From: Geosiphon pyriformis uo1
Taxonomy: Eukaryota; Fungi; Glomeromycota
NCBI GenBank assembly: GCA_016748015.1
Contig: JAAOMT010000675.1
Location: 806,001-870,000 of the forward strand
Reading direction: 5' to 3'
Length of the DNA: 64,000 nucleotides
The notes beneath the pieces are model-generated. The model did no database searches, was not told the origin of the DNA, and was given only the letters and a program-made list of their open reading frames with translations. Position 1 is the first letter of the stretch. Each line of letters starts with the position of its first letter. Position numbers and translations under genes: made by a program. This document shows, piece by piece, positions 37,927 through 51,242 of the stretch.

Positions 37927-40900
37927 GTGGCAACAAAAACTCCTACCCTTACTGTTCTTGAATTCTGTCATGCTATTTACACACAAAATCAAAGTGATCT
38001 TAGATTACCAGAAGGGTGTTGTCTAACAAAATCTGCTCTTACTTATTATATCAATGCCAAAATAAATTACCACATAGGAAAAGAAGAAAAACCACATGAC
38101 ATGAAACTTAGATTGTATAGAGAATTATCACAATACACTACAAAAGAAGTAGCAGTAATAGCTGCAACTATTGTTAAAATCTATTACAAAATTGAGCAAT
38201 ATGCCAATGAAAATTTTTTAATATCCACAAAGAACACTAGAGAATGCATCCACAATCCAGAAATTAATTACGAAAAAAATCATCAAAAATTAGGAACACC
38301 CACCCAAATGCCCAAGAAAAATGTTGTGCAATCAGTAAAAAAACAATGCCTTTATTTGTCAGAAGAAAAATCTTACTATTTTTCCTCAGATAATAAAATT
38401 TAACTCTCATTAAAAGCTGCATCATCATCTACATTAACTCCACAAACACTAAAAATTCCTAATTATACTGATAAACTTAAACAATGTGATTGGGGAAATA
38501 TACCAATAACAGAAGAATATTCATTGCTATTCCAAAAACTCCTTTTTCAACCAAAATTTAAAGTGGGGTTTGAAAACTGTGAAGAGAAATCTGAATCAAA
38601 ATCCAGAGAAACCAGTGAAAAAACAAGCACAAAACCAGTTACAAAAACAAACAGCCAGTTCAGAAACCAAGAAACTTGTGATCAAAAGGAAGAACTGAAT
38701 ATAAGAGAAGTCACTTTTAGGGGCGCTCAAGAAAATATTATTCCACCTCCTCTTAGACCAATAAACCCACCAGCAGAAAACAATGACAAAATGACCACAC
38801 CTTATATTATGCGATTAATGGATTTTTCAGGAGAGAAAGAAGAAATGGATGTGCACATATGGCTTAAAGAAGCATAAAAAGCCATTCAGACAAATAACTA
38901 GAACGATCAAAGAGCAATCCAAATGTTATCTTTCTTCCTGAAAGGCATTGCTAACTCATGGTATCAAAGCTTAAAAACAAAACCCACAAGCTTTGCCAAA
39001 TTCAAAAATACACTCTTAGAATATTTTAGCAATCTAAACGCCGTAATCCAACTGTAGAATGAATTCAATACTATCAAGCAAGATATAAGTGAAACTGTCA
39101 TCCAATACCTTGCTTGATTCAATCAAATTTGCCATTAGATTGAAGTGATTAAGCAAGGATACTATATCAAGCCTCAGGTTCTAAATCAATTTATTAGAGG
39201 ATTAAAAAGCAGCATTTTAAGAAAAGTACATCCTGCCCACCCTAATTCCTTACCAGAAGCCATTATGCTCGCCAGAACTCTTAAATTGGCTGAGAAAAAA
39301 ACTAACCATAGTCAAATAGTTAACATAGTGATTGAAGAAAACAAGACAGAAACTTTAGAAAAAAAAGTAGCACAATTAGGAGAAGAACTCTCTAAAAAAA
39401 TAGAAAGTTACCTCATCTCAGACCCAGGAAGAAATAACACATACCAAACACCTCAAAGATGCAACCAGAAATTCAGCAGCAGCCAAAATAATTACTCATT
39501 GCATTAGAACTTCAGAACAGAAACATGCATCTGCCATTTTTGCAAATGCATAGAACATTTGATTGGCCAATATTGAACACAAATGATGTAAGAGGTATGC
39601 GAAAATAATTATTATGCATCCCCCCAAATGCTCAGAAATCAATACACGCCAATATCACATCAATATCTCACTATGTACCAAAATCAAAGAACTTACCAGC
39701 AACAACCAGCAATTCCAAATCCAAACTGGCATCTAGAGTTTTGAAGCCAACCAGTATTAGGCCAAAACGCAATTATTACTAGAAATCTTAATCATGTAGG
39801 ACCTAATCAGCAAGCAAACACAAACTATCCAAATTTCCAGCCAACTTACCTTAATATATCAGAAAACTTAAATCTTGGAAATATTAATGATAACATACCT
39901 GAAACTGAAAACATCACTAATAGCCAGAACTTGATCCAAACAATACCACTAGCCATTATCATGGAAGATAGCAGTCTCACAGCTATTTTTTCTTTTGAAT
40001 TAGAGGAAAAAGAGACTATGTTTAGTGGAGCAGCATTGGATGAGAAACACCCAATCACTGTTATGTACACGGAAGCAAAAGTAAACAACACCAATTAAAC
40101 TCATCTTAGACAGTGGATCTGCCGGAAGCATTGTGTTACTTCAATTAGTAAACCAACTGGGTTTTAAAGTTAATCACACTATGACATTCCAAATTATAAC
40201 AGCCAATAGAAGTATCAAGCTGTCTCATGGCAAAATCGACTCATTTCTTTTTGAAATTAATGGCATAATAATACCTACAAAAGTATTAGTAATAGACACT
40301 ACACAATATCAAGTATTAGTAGAAAATGACTGGTTAACAAAAGCCAATGCCACATTAGACTGGACCATCCAAGAGTTTCTTATCAGCTATAATGGCCACT
40401 ATGCCAGAATTCCAGTCACATGTGGTTACTTCCAAAAACCCAGCACCAACCAAAGACCCATCTTCGAATTTGAAGAAAATTCAGCCCTACTAGCCATCGA
40501 AACTTATCAGCTCTTGTGAGCTGATGACCAAAGAACAAAACTACCAGCCGTACCAACTTGGAGGAGTGAAGGAAGATCTAAATAGAACCAGGTAAGTCCA
40601 TGAAGAAACTGCCAGCAATGCAGACCAAAACTAAAATGTTTAGTTTACAATAAGAAACTTTTGTCCATGACTGTGTACAGTGCACCAGATAAAGACCCAA
40701 GAAACTCCACCCACTACTATTGTAACCATTATAACAAAAAAAAATACAGTTACCCAAAAAGACATGAAAAATGGGATGAAAAACCATGTCTTGCTTGCAA
40801 AAAACTGTTGCCAAAAGAATGTGACTGGATTGACATGCCAGGCAGAGGAGGAATGTGTGATACAACTTGCCAATATACGATCCTCATCTGTAACTGGATA

Positions 40901-43627
40901 AGAGGAGGAACACTGTTTGAAGCTGTATTCAACAGAGCATTAAGAAGACTGCAGTACTACTCACATGATGAGGATGAGTTATACAATACTGCACAGACCA
41001 AAGTAAGAGGAGGAACTGCTGAAAAAATATGACATTGGAAAATGTCAGCCAAAATAGCTAATAAAGTTGCCAACTACAACATGTTCGACCCAATAGACAA
41101 ATTCCAGGAAAACTACCAACAGCTATGTCTCACTCACCAAAAGCAAAAATAGTATCTCACCCAGATTAACACTTATCTTTGTGAAGACTGTCTTATCCTG
41201 TACCAAAGTCAGTGCTGTAAAGAGTGTTAATACAAAAGAGACTTAAAAAGAAAATTGAAAATTGAAAATCAACAGTACCAAAATCAATCAATAAATTAAC
41301 AAAACTTATCTGACAGTCTCGAGTCAGAAAATATTTTAGCCTATACCAATCTAGATCAAGAGATTAGCATCCAGTACTATGACAATAGGCACTTAGGAAT
41401 AGTACCCAAAAGAGTCCATCCAACCGATACTGGATTTGATCTATAGTATCCAGAAGACCAATCCACAATATTGCCACCCAGGAGTATTACTAAAATCGAT
41501 CTGAAAATAGCAGTTGAAATTCTGCCAAAAATAATGGTTTAAATAGTGTCACAATCAAGCCTCACAAAAAAAAAAATAAGCATTCAAGGAGGAATAATTA
41601 TCTCTGAATACACTGGAAATTTGATGGTTTTGTTACAGAACAATTCAGAAAAACCTTATACCATTAAATCTAAAGAAAAAATTGCACAAGCAATTTTTTT
41701 ACCATTGGTAAAAATTGGGAAATTTGTGCCAGTGGAAAATCATAAGGAATTGATACAAACAACAAGGGGAACTTTTGGTTTTGGATTGACAGAAAAAAGA
41801 ATTGAAGCAAATTTCACTGAAACAATAGAAGAAAAAGGCAAATTAATTAAAACCAAGTGGTCAATTACACTCATGCCTTATGGAAAATCAGAAATTAAAA
41901 TAAAAAGAACAATAAAAAATATAAATCTAATATTTGAGCCCCACCCAAAAACTTGTCAACAGTTTCTCATAGGACTTACTAACTTTTTTATTCCAGCTGA
42001 TAAAACACAATGGATAAAAATTCTTATCATGAATACTACAGAAAAGCTCATATACATTCCAGAAAACACCATCATGAAATATCTTGGAACAGAGCTAGAA
42101 AATGTGTCAACATTACAAGAAATTCTAAATTTCTCAGAAATCATCTTTTACTGTGAACTTACTTCAATAAATTGGCAACAACCATTAGAATGCTATCAAT
42201 TTATGCCAGAAAAATTGGCCAAATTAAACATTAGAACAATGAATCCAGACCAACAGTGACAATTAAAAGCATTAATTTTAAAATACTCTAATATATTTTC
42301 ACAAAATGGTAAATTTGGAAGAATCAACTTGGTTCAACACCAAATTTCCACTGGAAATGCCAGACCTGAAAAACAACGCACTTACTGTGTCCCACCAATG
42401 GAGCATAATTTTATCAGAGAAGAAATCCAAAGCATGTTGGAAAAAGAAATAATTCAACCATCAATGAGCCCATGGTCCTCACCAGTTGTTTTAGTAAAGA
42501 AAAAAAACAGAAAAATTAGATTTTGCGTCGACTATTGCAAACTAAACAGCAAAACAACCAAAGACTCATATCCAATACTATTAATTGACAAAATCTTCAA
42601 CATTTTTGGAGGAGCAAAATAGTTTTCTACACTTGACTTGACCAGTAAATATTGGCAAGTGGAAATGGACCCAAAAAACAGACATAAAACAGCATTCACA
42701 ACACAAAATGGCAATTATGAGTTCAATGTAATGCCATTTGGATTGACAAACACTCCCATAACATTCCAAAGACTAATGAATGTAATTTACTCTGGAATTC
42801 TGTGGCAATCCATTGTTGTTTACTTGGACAATACAAATGTTTTCTCACCAAAATTCACAGATCATCTCCAATATTTACAACAAGTTTTTAAGAGATTGAG
42901 ACACACTGGACTTAAATTAAATTTAGAAAAATGTTTCTTTGGGAAAAATGAGCTAGCATTTTTAGGACATGTAGTTGAAAAAGATGTAATAAAACCAGAT
43001 CCATCAAAAATAGACAAAGTGAAAAATTTTCCAGTATCTCAAAACATTTCAGAAGTTAGAAGCTTTTTAGAACTCGCATCTTACTACTGCCACTTTATAG
43101 AAAACTTTTTAAACATCACCAAACCTCTTAATTATTTACTATCCAAAAATGTGAAATTTGAATGGACTGAAACACATCAAAAAGCTTTTGAGTACCTTAG
43201 ACAAAAGCTCATTGAATCACCAATAATGATCTATTCAAATTTCAACAAGAAATTCATTTTGGCCACAGATGCCTCTGGAACTAAACTTGGAGCCATTTTG
43301 TCACAAAAAAATAATAATGGAAGAAAATGTGTAATTGCTTATGTCAGCAGAATTCTTAGTACAGCAGAGCAAAACTATGCAGCATACAAACTTGAATGCT
43401 TAACAGTAATCTGAAGTTGTGTTTACTTTGACACATACTTATGGTACAAGCTCTTTGATATTATCACAGATTATAGAAATTTGGTCTGGTTAAATAACAA
43501 GAAAGCGCTGAAAAAAAAATATGTCAAATAGTCACAAATATTAGCACCATATGATTATATTATCAAATACAAAAAAGGTACCAAAAATGCCAATGCTGAC
43601 TGCTTGTCACGAATGAGACACACATAA
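37927..43627 (+). pseudogene. Gag-PR-Cys-rich-dUTPase-RT-RNase H polyprotein of C
   Basis: LILDSGSAGS, YYCNH..PCLAC..CDTTCQY, DTGFDL...RGTFGFG, MPFGL, YLDN, ATDASG, KNANADCLSR then stop at 43625-43627. Confidence 0.92.
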
Positions 43628-43658
43628 AAAACCATCAACAACAACTAATTCATAAACA

Positions 43659-45010
43659 ATGAACAATTACCTTTACAAAAATCTTAGCCAATACTTGAGA
43701 ACACTAATTAAGTTCCAGAAATTATCAAAACATTATTTTACTCAAAACCACATACTTTATTACCAGAATTAACAAAATCCAGATAATCTATTGAGAGTTA
43801 TAACCGAAAATAAAATAAAAAACTATCTTATTTAACATGCACTCAGATATTCATTTAGGCCACTTTAAAAAAGAAGCAACTATTCAACGTACAACTAGTC
43901 ATTATTATTGGCCAAAAATGCACTTAGATATTATCCAATACATAAAAAATTGTGACTCATGCCAATAAAGAGAAGGAACAAAAACAACAGAACCACTAAG
44001 ACCCATAAAAGTTGGACAATCATTTGATAGAATTGGAATTGATTTAGTTAGACCATTACCAATAATAGCAAGAAACAATCATTATATTGCAGTAGTAGTA
44101 AATTACCTCACTAAATGGCCAGAAGCCAGAGCCATTCAAACAGCTGATACTATATCCATAGCCTACTTTGTACATAAAGATTTAATTTGATGCCATGGAT
44201 GTCCATAAGAATTAATGTCAAACCAAGAGACACATTTCGTAAACAGTACACTAAATGAGCTCAGCCAAAGATTTGGAATTAAACGACTACTATCATCACC
44301 ATACCACCCCTAAACAAATGGATTAGTTGAATGGTTTAACCATACACTATGTAAAACATTAGCCAAAATCAGCAATGAACATGAAAAAGAATGGGATTTG
44401 TTCATACTAGCAGTTTTATTAGCATATAGGACATTAAAACAAAATACTATACAATTCACACTATTTGAATTGGTTTATGAAAGAAAGGCCATATTACTAA
44501 TTAAACTTACTATTCCAACTTATCCAAATGAAATTATTGCAAAAACAACATTCTACGAAACAATACTTAGAAGAACATATGAGTTAATAAAAATTTTGGA
44601 GAACAAAAGAAAAAAAGCAGCTCAAAATATTGAACAGTCACAAGCACAACAAAAAGTGAGACATGATAACCAATTATCAGATAATATAATTAGCTATAAA
44701 ATAGGAGACAAAGTATTGTTGTATCATACTAAAACAGAAAAGCAATGGAGTGGAAAGTTTGATCACAAGTGAGATGAACTATTCTATATTCATGAAATAC
44801 TTGGCAATGGAGCATACAAGTTAAGACTAAATGAGAAAATTTTAAAAAAAGCAGCACATGGCAACCAGCTGAAATTATATTACAACAAACCAGTAATAGC
44901 AACACAAACACTTAGAATTGGAACACAAATACCACTAGTATTACCAGATCAGATTCCATAAAATATAGAACCAGTAGTTTTAAGTAAACATTATATAAAA
45001 AGATAATTAA
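43659..45010 (+). pseudogene. Integrase ORF of C (separate from pol)
   Basis: ATG 43659; HLGH...CDSC, FDRIGIDLV, NYLTKWPEA, PYHP*TNGLVE. End approximate. Confidence 0.88.
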
Positions 45011-45049
45011 TTTTAAATTACACCAAGAAACAGTTAACAAAGCATAAAA

Positions 45050-45730
45050 ATGCATGCAAAAGAGCCCAAAAAGCAGTCAGAAATTAAAACAATAACATAT
45101 ATTCTAGAAAACATTAGTAAGTTAACCCAACAACTATGTCGAAGCTTATAACAATCAAATTCAGATTTGGAAATTATAATCAATAGTTTTGAGATATCAT
45201 ATAAAAGAAAAATGATACCAAATTCTATGATAAATAATAAACCTAGTTTTGCACTATATACTACTATTGCCAAAAACAGTAACAGCTTTATCAACAAAAC
45301 CATTAAAAATTTAGGAATAGCATTGGATAATACATTGATAACAAAAAAAATGAACATAGTAGAATTAACACCAAGTATATTTGAATGGCTAAAGGAAAAA
45401 TTCTCCATTAATTATTGTTATTACCAATTGGGAAAACAATTAAACATACAAATATTATACTTAAAAGATTTAGTCAAAGTATTTAGCAAAACAATAATAC
45501 AACAATTGAAAAGTTTTATTGGAAAAACCAATAATATACTTTATATAAAAGCTGTTTACAGAATTTTGGATCCAACTATGAATCTTATAACAATTAATAG
45601 CATTGGACAATTAACCAATTTACAATTTCAAAATTTACAACAACAAATTAATAATACAGTATTAGATTATTATAGTAATATAGAAATCAATAAAGAAATT
45701 AACTTTAATTTCAACGGAGCTCAATCTTGA
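45050..45730 (+). pseudogene. ORF3 of C (unknown function)
   Basis: 187-aa open part 45167-45730 homologous to ORF3 of A and D; stop abuts the PPT. Confidence 0.75.
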
Positions 45731-45743
45731 AAGGAGAGGATAA

Positions 45744-46533
45744 TGTTACAGTTCAAAAATTTAATAGGAATTATAAATAATATAAATTAGCCAATCATGA
45801 AATAGCACAGCAACAATTTATAAAAAGAAATGATTTACAAATAACAGCAAGCACTATTTTACAATAGCATCAAGCACTATCATGCAATAGCAGCAAGCAC
45901 TATTTAAAAATAACAGAAATAGAGTATTACAAGACATTATTTTGTAAAACAATAATTATATATATATACAATAGTTTTTAATAATGAAGAAAGACAAGCT
46001 TCAACAAGAAGCAACAAATATCTAAATAAAATCTTATTTAAAAAGAATTAATAAAAAAAATTAAATGAACATCACAATTGCAAGATTAACAATAGAATTC
46101 ACATACCCTTTCTAGCAAATAAAACTATCATTCCATTTTTAAACCCTTTGGAAGAATAATTCTTGATCAAGATTATTCACATGGTTACTAATTAAATTGA
46201 AAGAAGCTTTATTATATACTTAAAGAAATCGCAAAAAGACCATTAATATTCCATGTTTTTAGATTAAAGAAACACATTAGGCAATTGCAAAAATAGCTTC
46301 AGAGAAGACTCCAAAACAGTGGGTAGATTTCAAATTAGTCTCTAAGAAGGAATACAAAACATACAAAGACAACTAGAATTAAAGAGAAGACTTACATCAC
46401 AACATCAAGAGAAAATCTTTAGTATATTATCATTAATATCTAACACATAAAATAGAGGAACTTACGAGAGACTGATTGCAATTAAAATGAGAAATCAACA
46501 ATTAAAATATACCAAAAAAACCATCTTGTAACA
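45744..46533 (+). repeat. 3' LTR of C
   Basis: Colinear 790-bp repeat of 37056-37845. Confidence 0.95.
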
Positions 46534-46537
46534 ATAT

Positions 46538-47672
46538 TGGCTTTTGAGTGTGTCCCTCTTAATAGTTTGGTTGATGTCTATTCAGATAGTCAGGCTGCCT
46601 TAGATGTTTGCAAATTAGAATTAGGTATAGTTTATCCAGATTTTAAGAATTGCTGTTGGATTAAGCATCAGCACATTGTGAACATTATTAGAAAAAAGAA
46701 TTTGAGAGTTAGCTGGCACAAGGTGCAAGGTTATTTAGATGTCATGGGCAATAAACATGCTGATGCACTTGCTGACACAGCATTTCTTTCTCTCTGGTGT
46801 CTTGTTCTGTGTGTGAAGGAATGTTATATTTTAGCTGATGGGAATGTTGTTTCTGATAATTCTAGACATTTTGTTTATGAGGTCTTTCAGTCTATTTATC
46901 ATGCATACTGGAAGGTCAGTTTGGGTTCTAGGGTTTTGGATGGCAGTCTACATTCAGATGTTGATTGGTTTAGCTTGTCATTGGTGTGGCATCCAGACTT
47001 GCATATGGCTGCTGGCTTCACTAGTAAATTCACAGCTGGTATTCGCACATATTTCATAAAAGTCCTGTACCATTGGCTGTCAGTTGCTGTTCAGAAGTGA
47101 TTGTATAACAGATGCTATCCAGTGTGCTGTGTTTGTATTATGACAAAGTTGAGGTTTCTGACCATGTTTTTTCTTGTACAGTAAATGATTCTGCTCATTG
47201 TCACTTGTTAGATGCTCATGCCATTGCTTGGGATCTTTTTTCTGGTCTTTCTGCCTTTTTTTCAGGTGTTTCTCAATTTTTATCTTCTTGTGCTTCAAAT
47301 GTTGCAGTTTGCACAGCTCTTTACAAGGGCTTTGTTTTTAAAAATTGGCTTCAGAAAGCTGTGTCTGTCTTTGAAGATGCCAAAATAGCTGGTCAAAAGG
47401 TTGTGGAATTTGTGCATAACTTGTGTCTTGTTTTTAAAGATGAGGTTTGGTTGGTTTGTGCTAAGCATCATGTCTGCATGGAGAAGAGTGGAATGATACC
47501 TAGTGACAGTTTGGCTTTAGTTTCAGTTTCAAGACTGTCTGCATTGTTTTCTGTGGGTGTTGTTAAATTGCTAGGTATTACTAAGACAATTGATGTTGGT
47601 TTTAGTTTTCATAAGTCTTGTTTGTTTTTTTCAGGTGTTAGAAACTCAGTCTTGGTGCATATAAGTGTTTAA
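46538..47672 (+). pseudogene. LINE ORF2 segment 3 (RNase H, zinc finger, C-terminal extension)
   Basis: YSDSQAAL, WHKVQGY..GNKHADALA, CLYYDKVEVSDHVFSC; in frame with segment 2. Confidence 0.88.
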
Positions 47673-47816
47673 TATAGTCCTGATTAGTCTGAATGGCTGG
47701 TCATGTGTAGAAAATGCATGATTTATGCCTAGTTTAGATCAGTCAATTGATGTATTGTACTAAGTAGTGTTTGAACTTCACTTATAAAATGTAATAATAA
47801 TAATAATAAAAACTTC

Positions 47817-48100
47817 AGAAGCAAAATTTATATAAAACAGATTTAAGTTTAATAAAATCAAACAAAAATTGAAACAAAAAATTAATATAAGTTAATTTGA
47901 TTTTAAATATAATATTAAACATTAAAAATAAAATTATTTATCAATAAAAAAAACTTTTTGTCTTCTTAATTTTATAGCCATAACTAAAACAAAGGGTATA
48001 AAAGCTGCAATTGGTATTTTTTTAATATTTCACAAAATTTCAACCAGAAAAGTTCTTTCTGTTATAAAAACAACTAAATAAAACATCTTAAAAGCTTTTT
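47817..48100 (-). pseudogene. Fossil LINE ORF1, continuation of 12580-13612
   Basis: Minus translation 'LFYINFASEVF' matches 'LFYIEFVFQKF' at 48805-48840. Right limit approximate. Confidence 0.55.
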
Positions 48101-48149
48101 TTTTAGCTAATAATAGTAAAAAACTGCTTTTAATGATTATTAAAGCATT

Positions 48150-50000
48150 TTTTTCATTTATAGTTAGTTTTTTATTAATCAAAGTTTTTTTAAAAATACA
48201 TATTTGAATAGTTCTAATATTGTTTCTACTTTTACTAAAAGTTTAAAAGTTTTTAATAGTAAGTTAGTTAACAAGCTGGTTTTTTTAACTATTGGTACTA
48301 TATTTGATACTATTAATAATATTTTTTTGAATATAACCAAAAAAGCAAAAAATTCCAAAAAGTAGAAGCAATTACTCACTTCTATTATTGTTACATTGAA
48401 CTTTTTTGTGGTTTTAGATAAAATCTTGAATAAAATTTTTATTGTATCATTTAACACATTATCTAAAATAGACCAAAATCAATTACTGATTGTACTGCAA
48501 AATATGATATCTTTTAGCAAATTATCACTGATTTTAGAAGCAAAACAATAGTTTCTTGTTAGATTATTTGTTTTTAAGAACTAGATTAATTAAATAAAAA
48601 CTGAATTTTCTTTTCTGCTGATTTTTGGTACTGTTGTTAATAATATTTGAAAAATTATTTCTAATTATTAAAGATTTACTAAATAAGTAATCTTTACTTT
48701 AGTGCATAATACTATCTTTAAAATTAAATTGGTTTATATTAAGCTTGTCTTTTAATTTGTGCATGGTTTTTTAAGTACAAAATTAGTATTAAAAGACAAT
48801 ATAAAGCTTTTTTACATAGAGTTTGTTTTTCAAAAATTTTTGAAAGCTGTATTTCTGGTTAAGTTTACAAGTTTTGTTCATTTAACTATTCTTAAAATTG
48901 CCAAATTTTTAGTGATTTCTAAATTTGGTTCTTCTTTTGTTATTATTATACTATGTAATATGTCTTTAAATGTATCTGTTGCTAATATTAAAACAGCATT
49001 TAGTGTGTTTAATAAGATTAACTGTATCATATTAAAGCTTGTTAGTATTTGACAATATATGGTTATTTATTTTAAAACTTTAAATACTATTATATTTGTT
49101 TTAAATTATTGATCAGTTTTGTTAGACAAAAATAACATTAAAATTTTTTTTCTTATAAATCAAAATAAAACTATTCTGTTTTATAATATATTTAAAGCCA
49201 AATTGATTAATTTTTTTCTGGATATACTGTTTATAAAATTAGTAATATGATTTTTCAAATTAGTAGTTGGTCTTGTTTTATTTTTTATTTATCTAATTCT
49301 GGTTATTGTTTTTGGTTTGTTCTGATTATATTTGGCTTATAATATAATTTAAATACTACTATTATTAGAATTAATATTTTGAAAAAATATTGTATCTAAT
49401 AGAAAATTTTTAAATACCAATATTGCTTTAAGTGCTAAGACTTAAATTATTTAACTGTTGATTATAAAGTGTTTTTACTTTTTTTTTAAAATTCATAAGA
49501 CTTTTGTGTTTTATTTTATTAGTATTAAGTTTTATGTTAAAACTACTACTTTTGTGTCTTTTTTAGTTTCTAATTTTCCAGTTGGTTTTGTTTTTTTTGC
49601 TAATATAATGATTGATGTTTTTGTGGTTTTTTTTTAATTGATAGTAATTTGATTTTAAGTAGTGTATTTAGTCTTAAAGTTAATAAAGTTTTAATATATA
49701 TAAATACTTTTAATAAAACAGTTGGTAAGTTGGAACAAAAAATAATTGCTTTAAAAACTGAATATAACTATAAAAACATTAATATATTTGGTCTTTATAT
49801 AAGTTTTTTTGCAGTTGATAATAACATATTTTTTAATTTAATATTATTATAGAAACATAAATCTATTAGTATTAAGACTGATCCTTTAAAAACAGCTAAG
49901 TAGCTTGTTTAATTAGTTAATAAAAATACTATATTGTTTAAAATTATTCAAAAGATCTTATTTTTAGGTAATTTTTTTTTAAACTATTAATGTAATATAG
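48150..50000 (+). pseudogene. Fossil LINE ORF1 (second family), plus strand
   Basis: 97-aa ORF 48759-49052 with RRM-like pattern parallel to ORF1 14400-14530; heavy AT erosion. Confidence 0.6.
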
Positions 50001-50379
50001 TTTAAACTAATTCAAATAACTGGTTATATGTAAAAAGCACATGAATTTTATTTAATATTGGAATGCTTAGTTTGTTTCTAACTTCTAAATAGTGATTGGA
50101 TCATATTTATTAAATATCTAATAAAATAAAAAAATTATCTATTTAAAAAACTTTAATAATTAAAAATAATTTCTTAAATCTTATTAAAGTAGTATTAAAA
50201 AACAAAAAAAAGCAGTTGATTTAATTTTTAAGATCAAATAATATAATAAATTAATTAATTAGTTAGTTAAAGATATGTTTAAAAATATATCTTGTTTTGT
50301 TTTTAAAATTAGTAAAAATTGACTAAAAAACATTATATTTAATAAAACAATTAATGATTAATTTTGGTTTATCTTAAAA

Positions 50380-50920
50380 TATATATTATTGTTGTTATTA
50401 CTTATATTAGAGAAAAAAATTAATTGCTGTTATAAAAATTTTATCAAAAAGTTTATTTAAAATTACAAAAAAGTTTAATGTAATAATAGTATATACAAAT
50501 AACTACTGCTGTTTTATGAAGTTTTTGGTCTTTTTGACCATTTGCAAAGGAGTGTTAATAATGATAATAATAAGAACAAAAAAAATTAATTTGTTAATTA
50601 ATCTATTATTAAGAACTTTAAAGCTTTTAAAAAAGATAGAAACAATATTGAAACTAATTTTAGTGTATTTTTTGAGGAGAACTTTGACTAAAAAAGAATT
50701 ACCAGCCAACAGTAAAAAAAATGCTTCAAAAGCAACCAAAAACAGCTTTACACTATTAATATTAAGAAAATATCTCCAAGATATTTTGCTTAACTGTTTT
50801 TATAACAAAGAACACCTTTTTGTTAAAACTTTATTAATTATTATTAAAAAAAATAATGTTTAAACCTTTTTTACTTTTTGCTTTGGTCGTGGTCATAAAA
50901 ATAGGAAAGAGAGTTTTTTT
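50380..50920 (-). pseudogene. 5' end of a fossil LINE ORF1 (ATG 50896, MTTTKAKSK)
   Basis: 50430-50700 is an inverted homolog of 48170-48450. Confidence 0.5.
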
Positions 50921-51242
50921 TTAATTCAAAATATAAAAAGTGTATTAAATAATATGTAAAAAGTTGCAACAAAAATTTAGATTATAAATTATTAAATAAA
51001 AATTATTTTATTAAAATAAATGGTTTGAAAATTTTATTATATTTTTTAATTTAATATCCAATAAAATAAAAAATTTCAATAAAACAATTTATATTATAAA
51101 TTACAAAGAAAATAAACAACTTAAATAAATATTCAACTATTACCAATTACAAAAATAATAAATTGATTATTACCTTAAGTAAGAATCACTTGGCGATCAG
51201 CCAGTTTTCTCACCTTTCATCTAATTGATAATTTCGTACAAA

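Larger units (their letters stand above)
37056..46533 (+). mobile_element. Full-length Ty3/Gypsy element 'C' (9.48 kb), dUTPase-bearing
   Basis: Two 790-bp LTRs; TSD ATGT/ATAT (37052-37055 / 46534-46537); PBS TGGTAAACCCTACGAG 37848-37863; PPT GAAAGGAGAGGA 45729-45740. Confidence 0.96.
13622..47807 (+). mobile_element. Full-length non-LTR retrotransposon (LINE, ~6.8 kb once A and C are removed) with APE, RT, RNase H and C-terminal zinc finger
   Basis: ORF1 plus ORF2 in three segments that rejoin in frame after removing the LTR elements and one TSD copy each. (TAA)n tail from 47792. TSD AAAAACTTC at 13613-13621 and 47808-47816. Confidence 0.9.

Noticed and set aside
40085-40100. Frame change between gag and protease in C as a programmed frameshift
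   Set aside because: No slippery heptamer. It falls inside the conserved 'V...PIKLILD' motif that is continuous in A and F, so it is a 2-bp deletion.
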